A stretch of DNA of 63,266 nucleotides, filler included, from Lenisia limosa (GCA_001655205.1; 13 parts of 13 records of this genome joined end to end with filler, not necessarily neighbours in it), one strand, 5' to 3'. Counted from the first letter of the whole stretch, positions 12,418 through 24,402 are shown. Numbers and translations are program-made. The notes: generated by a model not told the origin, from the letters alone.

Positions 12418-13652
12418 AGAATTTGACGTTGATCAGGTTGTACTTGAGGAGGCACTCGTAGTGGGAGAAGTAGGGGCGAGGGATGAGGACGTTGTCGACA
12501 TGGGGATTGGCCAGAACACTGAAGGCGAGATCGAGCGCGTGCGAGCAGCCGCTGGTCAGAACCACGTCCTGCACAAGTGAGAGAATGGAAAAGTGCTGAA
12601 ACAAAATCCCATAATCAACTCTAGGGGGCGGATAAGTAGAATTAAAATTGCATGTGTTAGATAAAATAAAGAAAAAAAAGGCCCATGTTAAAGAAATAGC
12701 TAAATCGCCATTACCCCCCCCCCCCNNNNNNNNNNNNNNNNNNNNNNNNNNNNNNNNNNNNNNNNNNNNNNNNNNNNNNNNNNNNNNNNNNNNNNNNNNN
12801 NNNNNNNNNNNNNNNNNNNNNNNNNNNNNNNNNNNNNNNGTGGGACAAGAATTGTGTGCTAAAGGGCCTAAATCTGAAAAAAAAAAACCGCCTTTCGGGC
12901 TATTACAGAAAATGTTAAAAGTAGTACCCCCAATCAACACAACAGTCCCTCACCGGCAGAAGGGCCATAACCGTTGAACTTCTTGGACTTAACGGCCTTG
13001 ATGACAGCCTCGTTTGCCTCGTCTGAGGTGGCAAGGTATCTGCATCGTCAAGAGGTGCCGGAGGAAAGAACACAAAATACTACCAAAAGAACCAAGTAGC
13101 AGGGCTAACAAGAGGAGCAGATTAATTCAAAGTTTGTATGAAAGAGGAGTTAATTTTACACTATTTGGCTTTCATAGTCCTGTGAAGATCGGTGGTTACA
13201 CAACACACAACAGAGAAAAAAGCTTACCCGAAAACAGTGGGGTCTCCGATGGAGAGGGGAATAACGTCAAGCTCGGGGTTAGGCTTAACCTACAGAGTTT
13301 TAGAGTCAGAAGTGCAGATAGGCTCAATGTTAAGATCTAGAAAAGGGAATTTTTCTAGAACAAATGAGGGTAGAGAAAAAGGGGAATGTACAACTCGACA
13401 AAAATTACATTATTTTAGTTAAAATTCAAAATAAACGGATAAGGAGGTCAGGAAGAGAGAGATCCGGAAAGATTTCTGACTTACCTTGAGATGATCGACA
13501 ATTGCTCTAATAGGATTGAGAGTATTGGCAGCGCGAGTAGACATCACGGTGTTTTGCCAGGCAGGGATAGTTCTCTGAAGAGAGACAGCAGTGCTCGAAA
13601 AGGCGCGAGCCAAAGACATTACTGGCCTTTGCAGCATCATCTGTGACAACAT
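12418..13652 (-). CDS. TAT: Tyrosine aminotransferase (class I PLP enzyme) with N-terminal extension; 3' partial
   Basis: Exons 13652-13485, 13289-13228, 13039-12954, 12568-12418: NPIRAIVDHLK VKPNPELDVIPLSIGDPTVFG YLATSDEANEAVIKAVKSKKFNGYGPSAG ... DVVLTSGCSHALDLAFSVLANP..NVLIPRPYFSHY. One exon probably lies in the gap at about 12726-12839. Confidence 0.92.
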
Positions 13653-13958
13653 ATCTACTTACTCCTTGGTAAAGTGTCGTGTCATCAAATTGAAAGAAAA
13701 TTGTTTATATATTTTTCGGACCTAGGTGTACGCCCATCCCAGTTAATCAGATAAATTTTTCAGGGCCAAACCTTCCTCTTGCCTGCCTTCCTCCAACCTC
13801 CAACCAAAAAAACTCCAACTACTTACTGGCTACTTAACAACATATATATACATATTATAAATTGATTATAAACAGATGATACTTTGTGTTCTGATTGTGT
13901 TCTGAATACTGAACGACACTAAGGAAGTAAAACAGATATTAATAACAGGACACAGTGA

Positions 13959-16900
13959 TTAGTCAGCAACGCCGAAGCCATCATGAGGGAGGAAAGAGGG
14001 GTGGCAGACAAAGCGTCCTCGGTTAGCTTCAAACAAACGGTAGGCCATCATGGCTGGGGGAGGGGGGGGGGAGTAAAACGAAGGAAATTTCGAAGAAGAA
14101 TATTGGCGTGAAGGNNNNNNNNNNNNNNNNNNNNNNNNNNNNNNNNNNNNNNNNNNNNNNNNNNNNNNNNNNNCGAAGTAAAACAAAACCACAACTCAAG
14201 AAGGCTCACCAAGAACAAAAGCAACCAAAATGAAGGATCCGCTTCCAATCATATCCATTTCAATGAAGGCTGAAGGTGTTAAATAATACACCATAAATGA
14301 AAAGAGTACGAATATATTTAGGGCCCTGTGCAATTAATTGAAAAAATAATTGCAAAATTTGAGGTCGGAATTATAACGAGACCCTAATTAATTTTCCCAA
14401 AAAAATTAATTACACAGAGCCCTATAAATACAAAAAGCAGTTGTCCAAATAGCATAGTTATTCAATTATACTGAAGCAATCTATATAACCCCAATTAACA
14501 CACCTTCTGTAAAGACAACACAGAAGAGAGCGAAGGCGGTAAAGAGCAAAATAAGAACTAGAGACTCCTGAATCCGTTAAAACTCCACAAAATTCACCCG
14601 TCACGCCACACCTCCAGAACTACAAAAGAAGGTAATGTTAATCATAGAGGGCAGTAGCTTTAGCATTTGAAGTAATTCCCTCACCATGAACTGCCAGGAT
14701 CTGTGATGTGGGTGGGCGGGTTCAGCGAGATAGCCCTGGAGCGGGCCGGGGGAGGGTGAGGGGCGCTCGCTTTCAGCTCCGGCCATAGACTGCTGTGTCA
14801 AGAAGAAGTGCGCTATTATCCGCAAAAAAGGCAGTTATAATTTAGAAGTCGGTGCAATTAATTTTTTTTTAATTAAAATTCTTGCATATCAGATGTACCT
14901 CAACCCTCCATACGCCATATCACTCTTGCCCCCCAACCCGGGTGACCCTGAGGCTCTTGGGTGTGCCTTGAGATTGTTGCGCGGAGGGGCGAAAAAACCC
15001 AAGAAATAAATCAATGGAATCCTGGGGGTACGTGAGGAATAAAAATAGTGCAAAAGCTCATTTCTTTGAAAAGAAATGTATACTATTTATTTTAGCCCAC
15101 TATTTCAACGTGTAATCCCACTTCACCAATACAACAAACAAACCTGTCGTTTGCCGTCACTGAAGTTATTGAGCACATATCGCGTTAAACTGTTGACACC
15201 GTCGTCGATGAGTCCCTTTAAAGTGCGGCGGCCAGTCCTGGGCAAAGTGAAAACAAGAAGTCGGATTGAATATTCATTTTAAACATTGGGAAAACTTCTG
15301 TAAATGAACAGTAATGTCTCACCGGGTGAAGTCGTTTTTGAGTGCACCAGTGCCGGAGTATTCCAATGACATCACATCAGCATGGTCAGCCCACACTGCA
15401 TAGTATTAGGTGACGTCATGCGAAGATGAACAGTTAGAGATTCCAACCTTCCTGGACTTCACAGAGGACATTTTAGAGATTTAAAAAATGACAATAGATC
15501 CCCCCACTGTGCTTGAAAACGGTATTGAAGCCGATAGCAGAAATCTGGTCTTCTTCCCCGGTTCTCTCAACGCCAAAAAGGGCAAGTTGCTTATTCAGGA
15601 GATTGCGTCCAATCATTGACTGTAACGTAAGGGCAGGAAGGATCAGGCTTCTTTGGAGTTCACAAAACAACAGTAAACCTTTCACAAAGTCCCTCTCCCA
15701 GAAAAAAGAAGCTTTTAATACCCCACCTGTACCACATTGGTTCTATCAAGGTTGTCAACACAGTTGGTGCGTACAACGCCATGCTGAACCTGACCCTCCG
15801 TCTTGGTGGTGAAGAACCTGTTGTGAGATTACGGCTTACAGAAGATGTGTAAGGATAATAGAACTACTGTTTATAGGATAAACTGTATGGTAGTACATAC
15901 TTTAACCGTCCCCAACTTACGAGTGAGTTTCCAGATCTTTCGAGATCATATCAAGCAGAAGGTTGAGACGATCGTACCTGTAATGGTCAAAATAAGGCAG
16001 AAAACTGGTCCCATAACATGGAAATGATGGACTTTTCGCTATTATTGAAAAAGTACCTCACCTCATTTTACTGCACTCCTTGTGGAAATCAAACCAGTAG
16101 TAACTGCAAATTGTCAATAAACAAGATTTCACTCGAGAAAAAATCAACTTACGATCCGAAAGTGTATTAAATCAATAAAGCACCCCTCTGCAGCTCACCT
16201 AAGATCGATATTTTTGTGGCTGTTGACAAGGGCCTCGTATTGTTCTCCAAGCGAGTTCTGACCACCTTCCGTGTAAGCAAGACGATGCAATATCACTATC
16301 CTGGTGGACCTCCAACTTCGATCAACATGACCAAATTGATATTAATGAGATGATTGTACCCACCCTTTTTGTCGATCAAGTTGACGATGGAAACTGGACC
16401 GTAGCGCTGCACCAGTTTGTTGAAGTGGTTACGGAAGGCCAATGACTGGGAGCATAAATGACAATTTACTGTTTGTTGATAGAGTTTTTGCCGTAAAGAT
16501 GGTATGAATAGCATCCCCCGCCCCCAAACATCTTCATCTTCATCACCAGTGAGTTCGAATTTGGGGTTGTACTTGAGGGTGATCCTCTGACGCCAGAAGA
16601 GCGGGATGGATCCTCTGTGTTTCGTTAGAAACAGGGCAAAATCAACATATGCATATTCGTAGCCTCAAAAAGCATACCTGATTTGAAGGTGGGTTGAAAT
16701 GTCGAACTTCCCATCTTTTTCGACAATAAGGAACTATAGTGGTGAAAAGCGTTGTTAAAAACGAGAATAAAACGTGGTAATTTAATAACCAGGGATTCCC
16801 CACGGTCCCAAAACAGACTGAATGTCCCGATAAATCCTCGGTAATATCGATATTTTAACAGTCTTTTTGAATCGTAGGGAAGCACTTGTAACTGAAAAGA

Positions 16901-17457
16901 AAACGCTAAAAATTGTGCTACTGTTTAGAATATGAGACCATTCATGATATCTTTTCTACAAAACAGCCAGAATATATTGTGTAAGAAATGAAGCCCTTCA
17001 AAGTTTGCAAACAAAAACCTGCGGACCTGCTCTGTGAAGGCAAAATTAGCGACGTTGCCCTCCATGTCCACTCCACGACGGGTATAGCGAGTTCCTGGGG
17101 GGGGGGAGTAAAACGAAGGAAATTTTGATGAAGAATATTGGCGAAAAGGTACTAATCACGAACCGAATAATGTAAAACTCCAAACAAACAAAAAACAAGA
17201 AACAAGGAACACGAGCAACCAACGCTCAAACAAAAAAAAAAGCCAGATGACAAAAACACAAAACAAAAACAAGCCCGAGCCAGCCTTTGAAGAGTCCCAC
17301 CACCGCTCGATCACCCAAACGTACCTGTAAGGCGTTAAAAAGTAAGGGAAATGTTTTAAAAAAAATCCGACTTATTAACGGTCACAACCCAAGCATTCGA
17401 CCCCCGAGGGGATCAAAGCTGGATGGACAGAGCGCGGACCAGACCAGACTGCAGAAA
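13959..17457 (-). CDS. SAC1: SAC1-type phosphoinositide phosphatase with two C-terminal TM helices; 5' partial
   Basis: [108 protein letters not shown], two hydrophobic exons, C-terminal [11 protein letters not shown]; stop at 13959. Confidence 0.93.
14054..14114 (-). repeat. Intron 3'-end module type I used as acceptor
   Basis: CGCCAATATTCTTCTTCGAAATTTCCTTCGTTTTACTCCCCCCCCCCTCCCCCAG|; near-identical at 17095. Confidence 0.85.
14319..14424. mobile_element. MITE with TAGGGC termini
   Basis: TAGGGCCCTGTGCAATTAATT...AATTAATTACACAGAGCCCTA inverted repeats, in SAC1 intron. Confidence 0.75.
16790..16888. mobile_element. MITE family A copy
   Basis: CAGGGATTCCCCACGG...ATATCGATATTTTAAC...CGTAGGGAAGCACTTG. 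Confidence 0.6.
17095..17152 (-). repeat. Intron 3'-end module type I used as acceptor
   Basis: TTCGCCAATATTCTTCATCAAAATTTCCTTCGTTTTACTCCCCCCCCCAG| immediately before the GTRY exon. Confidence 0.85.
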
Positions 17458-17557
17458 NNNNNNNNNNNNNNNNNNNNNNNNNNNNNNNNNNNNNNNNNNN
17501 NTTAATTAATTAANNNNNNNNNNNNNNNNNNNNNNNNNNNNNNNNNNNNNNNNNNNN
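17458..17557. other. Artificial contig linker
   Basis: 44N+TTAATTAATTAA+44N. Confidence 0.97.
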
Positions 17558-17660
17558 AACAAACAAAGCTGAAGCCAGTTCACTTCTGCAGCACCGCATC
17601 CCATCACTCCAGCGACGGGGGAAAAGAAGGAAATTTGGTGAAAAATATAGCGTAAAGGCA
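17558..17660 (-). repeat. Internal segment of the intron-module family
   Basis: GCTGGAGTGATGGGATGCGGTGCTGCAGAAG; also near 20795 (+), 23023, 25450, 61735. Confidence 0.75.
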
Positions 17661-19079
17661 CAAATAAAGAAGAAAATGATATGATATAATTTATGATTCA
17701 AAGTAAGCCAAATACTTTTATTAATTTGAGGCCAAATCGAGAAATAAAACCCTGAGAAAACACGAGGGGGGGGGGGTAAAACACTATAAAACNNNNNNNN
17801 NNNNNNNNNNNNNNNNNNNNNNNNNNNNNNNNNNNNNNNNNNNNNNNNNNNNNNNNNNNNNNNNNNNNNNNNNAAATCCTCGATTAATATCGATATTTTG
17901 ACAATTTTTTTCGGACCGCATGGAAGCCCTAGTCCCTTTTGCTTTTGGCCCGCTTTAGGGCCTACCGGTGTGCTCATTGAGGGGAATGTGCTCAAGCCAC
18001 TCGTGGTCCTTGAACACCTAAAATCATCATTTCGACAGATTAAAGTGCCAATATGACTTCAGTCTTATTTTGTTGACTTTCTTATCCTTAAACACCTTAA
18101 TCATTATGACATTTGAAAAAAGATACAATACCTCAAAAACGACAATTGTAACTGATATGGAGAAATATATGAAAATTAACACAAGTCAATTCTGACTGGA
18201 TGAATAAAACACTTTAAAACATCAGTTAAGTTGGACTCGTGCAATTCATTATTTGAAGACACAATTGAAATGAAAGGGTCTGAAATAGAATTCCCATTAC
18301 GGTATGTCCCCGCTTCAAATTTTGCAATTACATAGAGCCTTCGCTTAAAGTGTATATATATACAATGACAACTTTAACACAGAAACAATTTCACTGTGTA
18401 CAACACCCAAAACAACATCATTCGCTGTATATATGATTGAGAGATAAACGAGCTTTTTACTATAACCCTCACTATGAACAGAGTTTTATGACATGGTGAA
18501 TTCATATTTTTATCCAATCTTTGATAAAATATTGTGTGGACGGCTTGGGTCAGATAATACATCCTCCACACTATGTACAGAAAGAAGAGGGGAGGGTGAC
18601 AAGTTAAGAAACGTCGTTTCCCCACCTCCAATACGCCTTTATCACCACAAAAACCTTCCAACTGACCTGTGAGTACTCGGAGAAGTTTTCAGGAGGGAGA
18701 GAGGGGTGAATGACGGACATCTTTCGCTCCTTCTATGATTGCAACAGTGTTCTTTTGCTAAATGAACATAAATAAGATGGGTTTGGTAAAAAAAGGCTTA
18801 TTCGCTCGAACATTCCCTTATTTAACTTGAGATCGATGATCACAAGCCTCTTTTCACTGAACTTTTTCACACCCAACACCTTTCATATGCATACTTCCTT
18901 ACTCCCATAAATATATATCTAATACAGCGTTCAATTACCTGTCCGCCTATCCCAGGGAGTAATAAACTTGGTTATATTTATTACCCTAGCCCTACGACAT
19001 TTCTTCAAACTCCCCAGTTACTCCCAGATCTTAGCTTGGTTATAGCCCGGTGGTTGAAGGTATGCAGAGTACCGTATTT

Positions 19080-19143
19080 TGATTGTGATAAGTCTTGTTT
19101 TTTTATTTTTAGTCAATCGTGTCAGGACTTATCGGTCACTGTA
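19080..19143. mobile_element. MITE family B (subfamily 2) degenerate copy
   Basis: AGTCAATCGTGTCAGGACTTATCGGTCACTG|TA; cf. 35986. Confidence 0.55.
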
Positions 19144-19530
19144 TATTATTTGAAACATGATTTAATTGGTTAAGGCTTACCACGGTCACTTTCAGGGATT
19201 ATCCAAAATCACTCACTAGAGTTTCAGATACTATGTGTAATTTCTTATCTCAGCTTATCTCACGCGTTAAGAAATCATCTACTCATTATTCATAATCCCT
19301 GAGCTCATCCTTTCTTCTAGAGGGATTTCAGGGAATAATGCAAGAATTACACTCCTTACCGCAGAATTCAGGGAAAATCTATAATTTCTTATCTCATCCT
19401 TTCAGATGTCTGGGCTACAAAGTGCCAAAATCATGTTGATTGAAGAAGTGCTTGGAAAAACCAAGGAATTGGAAAACTCATCGGTTCGTCTTCTGACCCA
19501 GTAGGCTCTAGGGGCAAAATCTGCTGTAAG

Positions 19531-19630
19531 TAGGGCTTCTCTACGATCCCAAAAAAGACCAAATTTATCGATAAATCCTCGATAAATATCGATATTTTAA
19601 CGGTCTTGTTCGGACCGTAAGGAAGCGTGA
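19531..19630. mobile_element. MITE family A copy
   Basis: TAGGGCTTCTCTACG...ATATCGATATTTTAACGG...TTCGGACCGTAAGGAAGCG. Confidence 0.65.
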
Positions 19631-19693
19631 TGACGTGTTAAAATTTCTTATTTCTACCTGTTATATTTTGATATTACCATATTTTATCAGAAT

Positions 19694-19800
19694 AAAACAA
19701 GGTTGTATCCGGCCGAAGCCGTCCATACCGTCACACTTAGAAGAGATATTCGATTATAGTAAGTATTAATTCAGGCTTCGGCAAGATACAACCTTGTTTT
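19694..19800. mobile_element. Family C repeat, copy with inverted termini
   Basis: AAAACAAGGTTGTATCCGGCCGAAGCC...GGCTTCGGCAAGATACAACCTTGTTTT. Confidence 0.75.
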
Positions 19801-19917
19801 TTTTCTCATTGCCTTGCAACTCTATGAACTTCGTGCCTCTTCAGTATAACCCTAAAGTGTGGACGGCTTCGTTTTACTTCCCATCTCGTCAAACATCAAC
19901 AAATCCTCGAGAAATAT

Positions 19918-20028
19918 CTATATTATTGCCCCCATAGAGTAGAAGCCCAGAATCCTGTCGAGGACTTTGTGATGGTCATCAATCCTGACGGCTCCGGCGG
20001 CGGCTCTTTGAAAGTGTCCACTGACCTT
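19918..20028 (-). CDS. Short terminal exon of unknown gene
   Basis: GC-rich block after a module-type acceptor (AG at 20029); frame unresolved. Confidence 0.35.
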   Translation of the reverse strand, partial: KVSGHFQRAAAGAVRIDDHHKVLDRILGFYSMGAII

Positions 20029-20117
20029 CTGGGTGAGGGGGAGTAAAATTGGAAAATTTTGTTGGCTGACAACACACGAGGGTTGATAACAACAAAACAA
20101 ACAAGGGCCAGTCGCTT
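20029..20117 (-). repeat. Intron 3'-end module type II used as acceptor
   Basis: AAGCGACTGGCCCTTGTTTGTTTTGTTGTTATCAACCCTCGTGTGTTGTCAGCCAACAAAATTTTCCAATTTTACTCCCCCTCACCCAG|. Confidence 0.8.
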
Positions 20118-20835
20118 NNNNNNNNNNNNNNNNNNNNNNNNNNNNNNNNNNNNNNNNNNNNNNNNNNNNNNNNNNNNNNNNNNNNNNNNNNNNNNNNNNN
20201 NNNNNNNNNNNNNNNNNNNNNNNNNNNNNNATCTTTATCTTAAGTCAATCGTGTTAGGACTTATCATGGTCAGTGGTCAGTGTAGATATGGTACTAATTA
20301 CAGTATAGTTGCAAACCATACTGAAATAGTATCCCACAAAGCTAACCATGCAGAAACGCGGGAATTTCCCCCGGGTTCCCTATGGACTTTCATTGGCGAA
20401 TTATCAACCCGTCCCGGGGATATGACCGTAGGGGGAAAATCAGCAATGAGAAATACAAAATAAGTTTTTATGGCCGAAGCCATCCACACCATCACGCTTT
20501 AAGAGATATTCCTTACCACTCTGTGCACACAGCTTTCTGCGTGCCTAACCATACACATATTACTTATAGTATGTTGTGTATATCATATGATATGATATAA
20601 TATATAGTAGTATGACTATCAATCTTGAGTACAATACGGATATTTATTGAGGTTTTTTAGAGATTTTATTGAGGTTTAGTGAGGTTTCATAGAGAATTTT
20701 TTTTGTAACTCTTTAGCGTGAGGTGGTTCTTAGAGCTCGTGTTTGCACAACTTCTCAAGGTGGGCTGTGAGGAACCCACAATAACACATTATCTGGGGTG
20801 ATGGAATGCGGTGCTGCAGAAGCGACTGGCCCTTG

Positions 20836-20935
20836 NNNNNNNNNNNNNNNNNNNNNNNNNNNNNNNNNNNNNNNNNNNNTTAATTAATTAANNNNNNNNN
20901 NNNNNNNNNNNNNNNNNNNNNNNNNNNNNNNNNNN
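20836..20935. other. Artificial contig linker
   Basis: 44N+TTAATTAATTAA+44N. Confidence 0.97.
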
Positions 20936-20999
20936 GCCTTTTTTGTTCATAAATTTACTCCCCCCACCCTTTGACCATTTCACCCTTTTACCGCGACAG

Positions 21000-22922
21000 C
21001 CGCTGCGCTTAATTCCTCCCTCGGAAGCACTGTGTATGGTCGACGCGATTGCCCACCAGCCTGTCTTGTGGACAACCAGCAAGCCTGATTGCTGCAAGTG
21101 AGGAGGGGTGCAAGTTTGGTATGTGTCTGGGGGGGGGGGTAACTTTACATCTATCATTCACTTCCTGCTCTTTGTTTTTTTATTTAATTTCATTGGAGTG
21201 TGCCTTTTTACCAATATTCGGCTTTGCAATTTTCTTCGTTTTTACTTGTGTTATGTCGGGGTTTTGTTTGCGAATTAACAACAGTCTCAGTTTTTCCCCC
21301 CAAGTGACATCGGGCTTATTTGTTTCATAAATTTTTCAATTTCACCCCCCCCCCTCTCCCAGGTACATTACACGCACCCCTGGCACGCAGCTTGCTTTCA
21401 AGACCATCATCGAGGTTGCAGCGTATCTGGACGAACGACTTGAAGCCAGACCTGTTTTTATCTCCAAGGACTATATCGGAATTGAAAATGTCGGTTACGG
21501 GTGGCCTTTCAGTCTTGGTTCTTCTTTCTTCTTATTGTGTTCTTTCCCCCCCTTTACAATTAATTTGCCTCCGCCATTTCTTTCCCTTTTCCTGACGTCC
21601 ATAGTTCCCCATCGCCGTCGCCCTTAAAGCCACCTTAACTGAGCTGAACGACCACCTGAAATCTGGAGTGGAAATTGACCCAAAAGTATGGGGGGGCATA
21701 CTGGATCAAAGTGGTGGGCTTGAGTGTATCACCGTCGCTATAAAATTTAATAAGAGGAAATTCACATAATTGAACTAAGAATTCAGATACTGTACCGAGG
21801 CGTTGACGCCATGAAAACGCTCTCTGCTGTCTACCTTGTCCCTGCCCCTACTGCCATGGTTGCAACTCTGGTGGTGGAGCTGACTGGCCTGCTCGGCTCG
21901 GCTCTTGAGAAGGCTCGTATGGGGATGCGAATAATGAATTTATGTATACTGCGATGCTTGTTCAGAATTCGGAGTATTTTTTGGGCGTGGTGATATTTTA
22001 CAAACTTAAATTCACTTCATTTAAGGTTCCGAAGCTTCCGACGACAAAGTCATTGTTGAGGCGGCCAAGTCCAGAAAACGTAAGGGGGGTTCCGATATAT
22101 TCAGCTCATTGATACTATTGGTGAAGGTTTTGGTTGTNNNNNNNNNNNNNNNNNNNNNNNNNNNNNNNNNNNNNNNNNNNNNNNNNNNNNNNNNNNNNNN
22201 NNNNNNNNNNNNNNNNNNNNNNNNNNNNNNNNNNNNNNNNNNNNNNNNNNNNNNNNNNNNNNNNNNNNNNNNNNNNNNNNNNNNNNNNNNNNNNNNNNNN
22301 NNNNCAGAATTAACCGTATCGCCACCAAAACGCTCAGCGCACCTCTTTGCGTTGCGCACTGTTCGAGGCGTAGCCGCGCAAACCCTCGCAAAACTCACGC
22401 CAACTATGCCATACCGAATGGCGGAATGGAGCAATGGCGCCCTCGGTACCCGAGGCAAATTTGCCACTGTCGCTGACGAACTCCGTACCGTGTTGGACTT
22501 GCTGAAAACGGACGGTTGCCACTCGGAACTGCTGAGGGGCGCGGCCGCACTCCACGCCGCCCTACTTGGCATTCAGACCGTGAGGGGGTTACTAATGTAA
22601 CTCGTGTAACCAATTTAATCTCAAAAAACTGACCCTATGACAGGGCCCTGCGCCCCCAAGTTCTCTGAATGAAGGCGACCAAGACGCTTTGAAAAAGGTG
22701 GGTCCACGAAATGCAGAGTTGTGTGTTGGTAAACATGAAATGTCTGTTCCTTTCTGGTTATTTTGAGCAACAGCATAAATTAGCGTTTTTATGATACTGC
22801 TAGAGTCTTTCTCTTACACTTACCACTCTAACAGACCTTGTCGTATACTAACAAAATCAGGCCGTCTCGTGGTTCTCGGTGGACTCCCTCTTGGAAATGC
22901 TCCCAGTACTGCAAGACAACCT
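21000..22922 (+). CDS. Uncharacterised multi-exon protein (internal fragment)
   Basis: Spliced: PLRLIPPSEALCMVDAIAHQPVLWTTSKPDCCK|YITRTPGTQLAFKTIIEVAAYLDERLEARPVF..., ...ATVADELRTVLDLLKTDGCHSELLRGAAALHAALL..., GPAPPSSLNEGDQDALKK; canonical GT-AG. Confidence 0.7.
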
Positions 22923-23022
22923 NNNNNNNNNNNNNNNNNNNNNNNNNNNNNNNNNNNNNNNNNNNNTTAATTAATTAANNNNNNNNNNNNNNNNNNNNNN
23001 NNNNNNNNNNNNNNNNNNNNNN
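22923..23022. other. Artificial contig linker
   Basis: 44N+TTAATTAATTAA+44N. Confidence 0.97.
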
Positions 23023-24050
23023 AGGCCAGTCAGTCGCTTCTGCAGCACCGCGTCCCATCGGAGGGAGGCTAACAGAGAGCAGCCGTGTTATATCATGTGA
23101 TATTCGTTCATGTAATAATTGACGAAATAAGTTTGTTTTATTGCTGGTTATTAAAGTTGTTTTTTATATTGAAAGGATTATGTTTACTTCAAAATAACTT
23201 AATTTTTAACGTAAGAATTAAAATAGAAGTAAACGATATGACAACCTTTACAGCAATATACCAACCTACTTTGCCATTTTGGTAGTGAAACGTCCAAATG
23301 GGTTCATTCACCTGCAACATCAACTTTTGTTGGAAAACAAAAAGAGCACTCCTAACATAAAAAAAAAAAAAAAAAAANNNNNNNNNNNNNNNNNNNNNNN
23401 NNNNNNNNNNNNNNNNNNNNNNNNNNNNNNNNNNNNNNNNNNNNNNNNNNNNNNNNNNNNNNNNNNNATTTCTAAAACAAGGAGACAAAAACTGGAAATC
23501 AATTATCAAAACTAATACAAAAAGAGCACTCCTTCGCTTAAGATGACCCTCCCCCCTCCTTCCATTAAAGAAAAAGAGCTGGATTTTGAACAATCATGGT
23601 GGTTTAAGAGAAACCTTTATACAGAAAAGAATCAAGAATAACTGTACAGATTTTACACCGAAGTGGTTATAGAGGGATACATTGCGCTTTCACTCACATG
23701 GTAGGCAGTTACGCTGAGGAGACAAAGAAGTAGTGAAATAATCGCCGATATCGTCATATTTCCTCGTAAAATACTTCAACAGACCAGGTTATAGCTCTAG
23801 AAGAAGAATACACGTTAAGTTAGGTAAGAAATTCGACACCACAGCAGACTTTACATGACTATTTTCTCATTTAAAGTTACAACATTTCGATACTGCTACT
23901 AAACATATGATGAAAAGGCTCTGGCGGCCAAAAATCGAAACCAATATTGTATATTACATTATTTACATATGTAAGTAAAATTGTTATTTTTACCTAAACC
24001 AATAAATTCAACCATTCATTCACGGTAGAATAAAGGATTGAGCTGATTCA

Positions 24051-24402
24051 TTAACATTTAACTGGAAGAAGAATACCCACTACACGAAGAAGGGCGAAAT
24101 GAAGGGCCGTCCACCGCCAGTAGCAGTTCCGTTGCCCAAGTACGTCTTCAAGTCCGTCCTTGGCTCGTCTGACACCATCTAGAGAAACGCCACCTGTTGA
24201 CACTGGCGACTTTGAGGCTTTCAGCATCAGCGTAGGCTGGTGACTCTCTTGAGATTCCTTCATGTCTTCTTTTGGACCTCGTTATCACTAACCTCCCATG
24301 GCACTCTAACAGTGGCTTAAGGATCAATGCTCGTCCAATAAACCAATTTATTGGGTAGCTTTTTATTTTCTGTTTGTCTTTCTGGTATAACAACGACTCC
24401 AT
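24051..24402 (-). CDS. Possible short gene, unknown
   Basis: ATG ORF (84 aa) with an overlapping GC-richer frame; no family recognised. Confidence 0.25.

Noticed and set aside
17280-17325. Possible GC-AG intron giving [15 protein letters not shown]|TRY in SAC1
   Set aside because: The donor would be GCTCGG (poor) and the peptide lacks the conserved SRRS motif; the true exon may be missing from the assembly.
21098-21101. In-frame TGA after CCK, suggesting selenocysteine or UGA recoding
   Set aside because: It is part of the donor GTGAGG; splicing AA|G TAC restores the frame.
21685-21725. WGGILDQSGGL as a LAGLIDADG homing-endonuclease motif
   Set aside because: Weak single match that appears to fall at or inside an intron; no supporting context.
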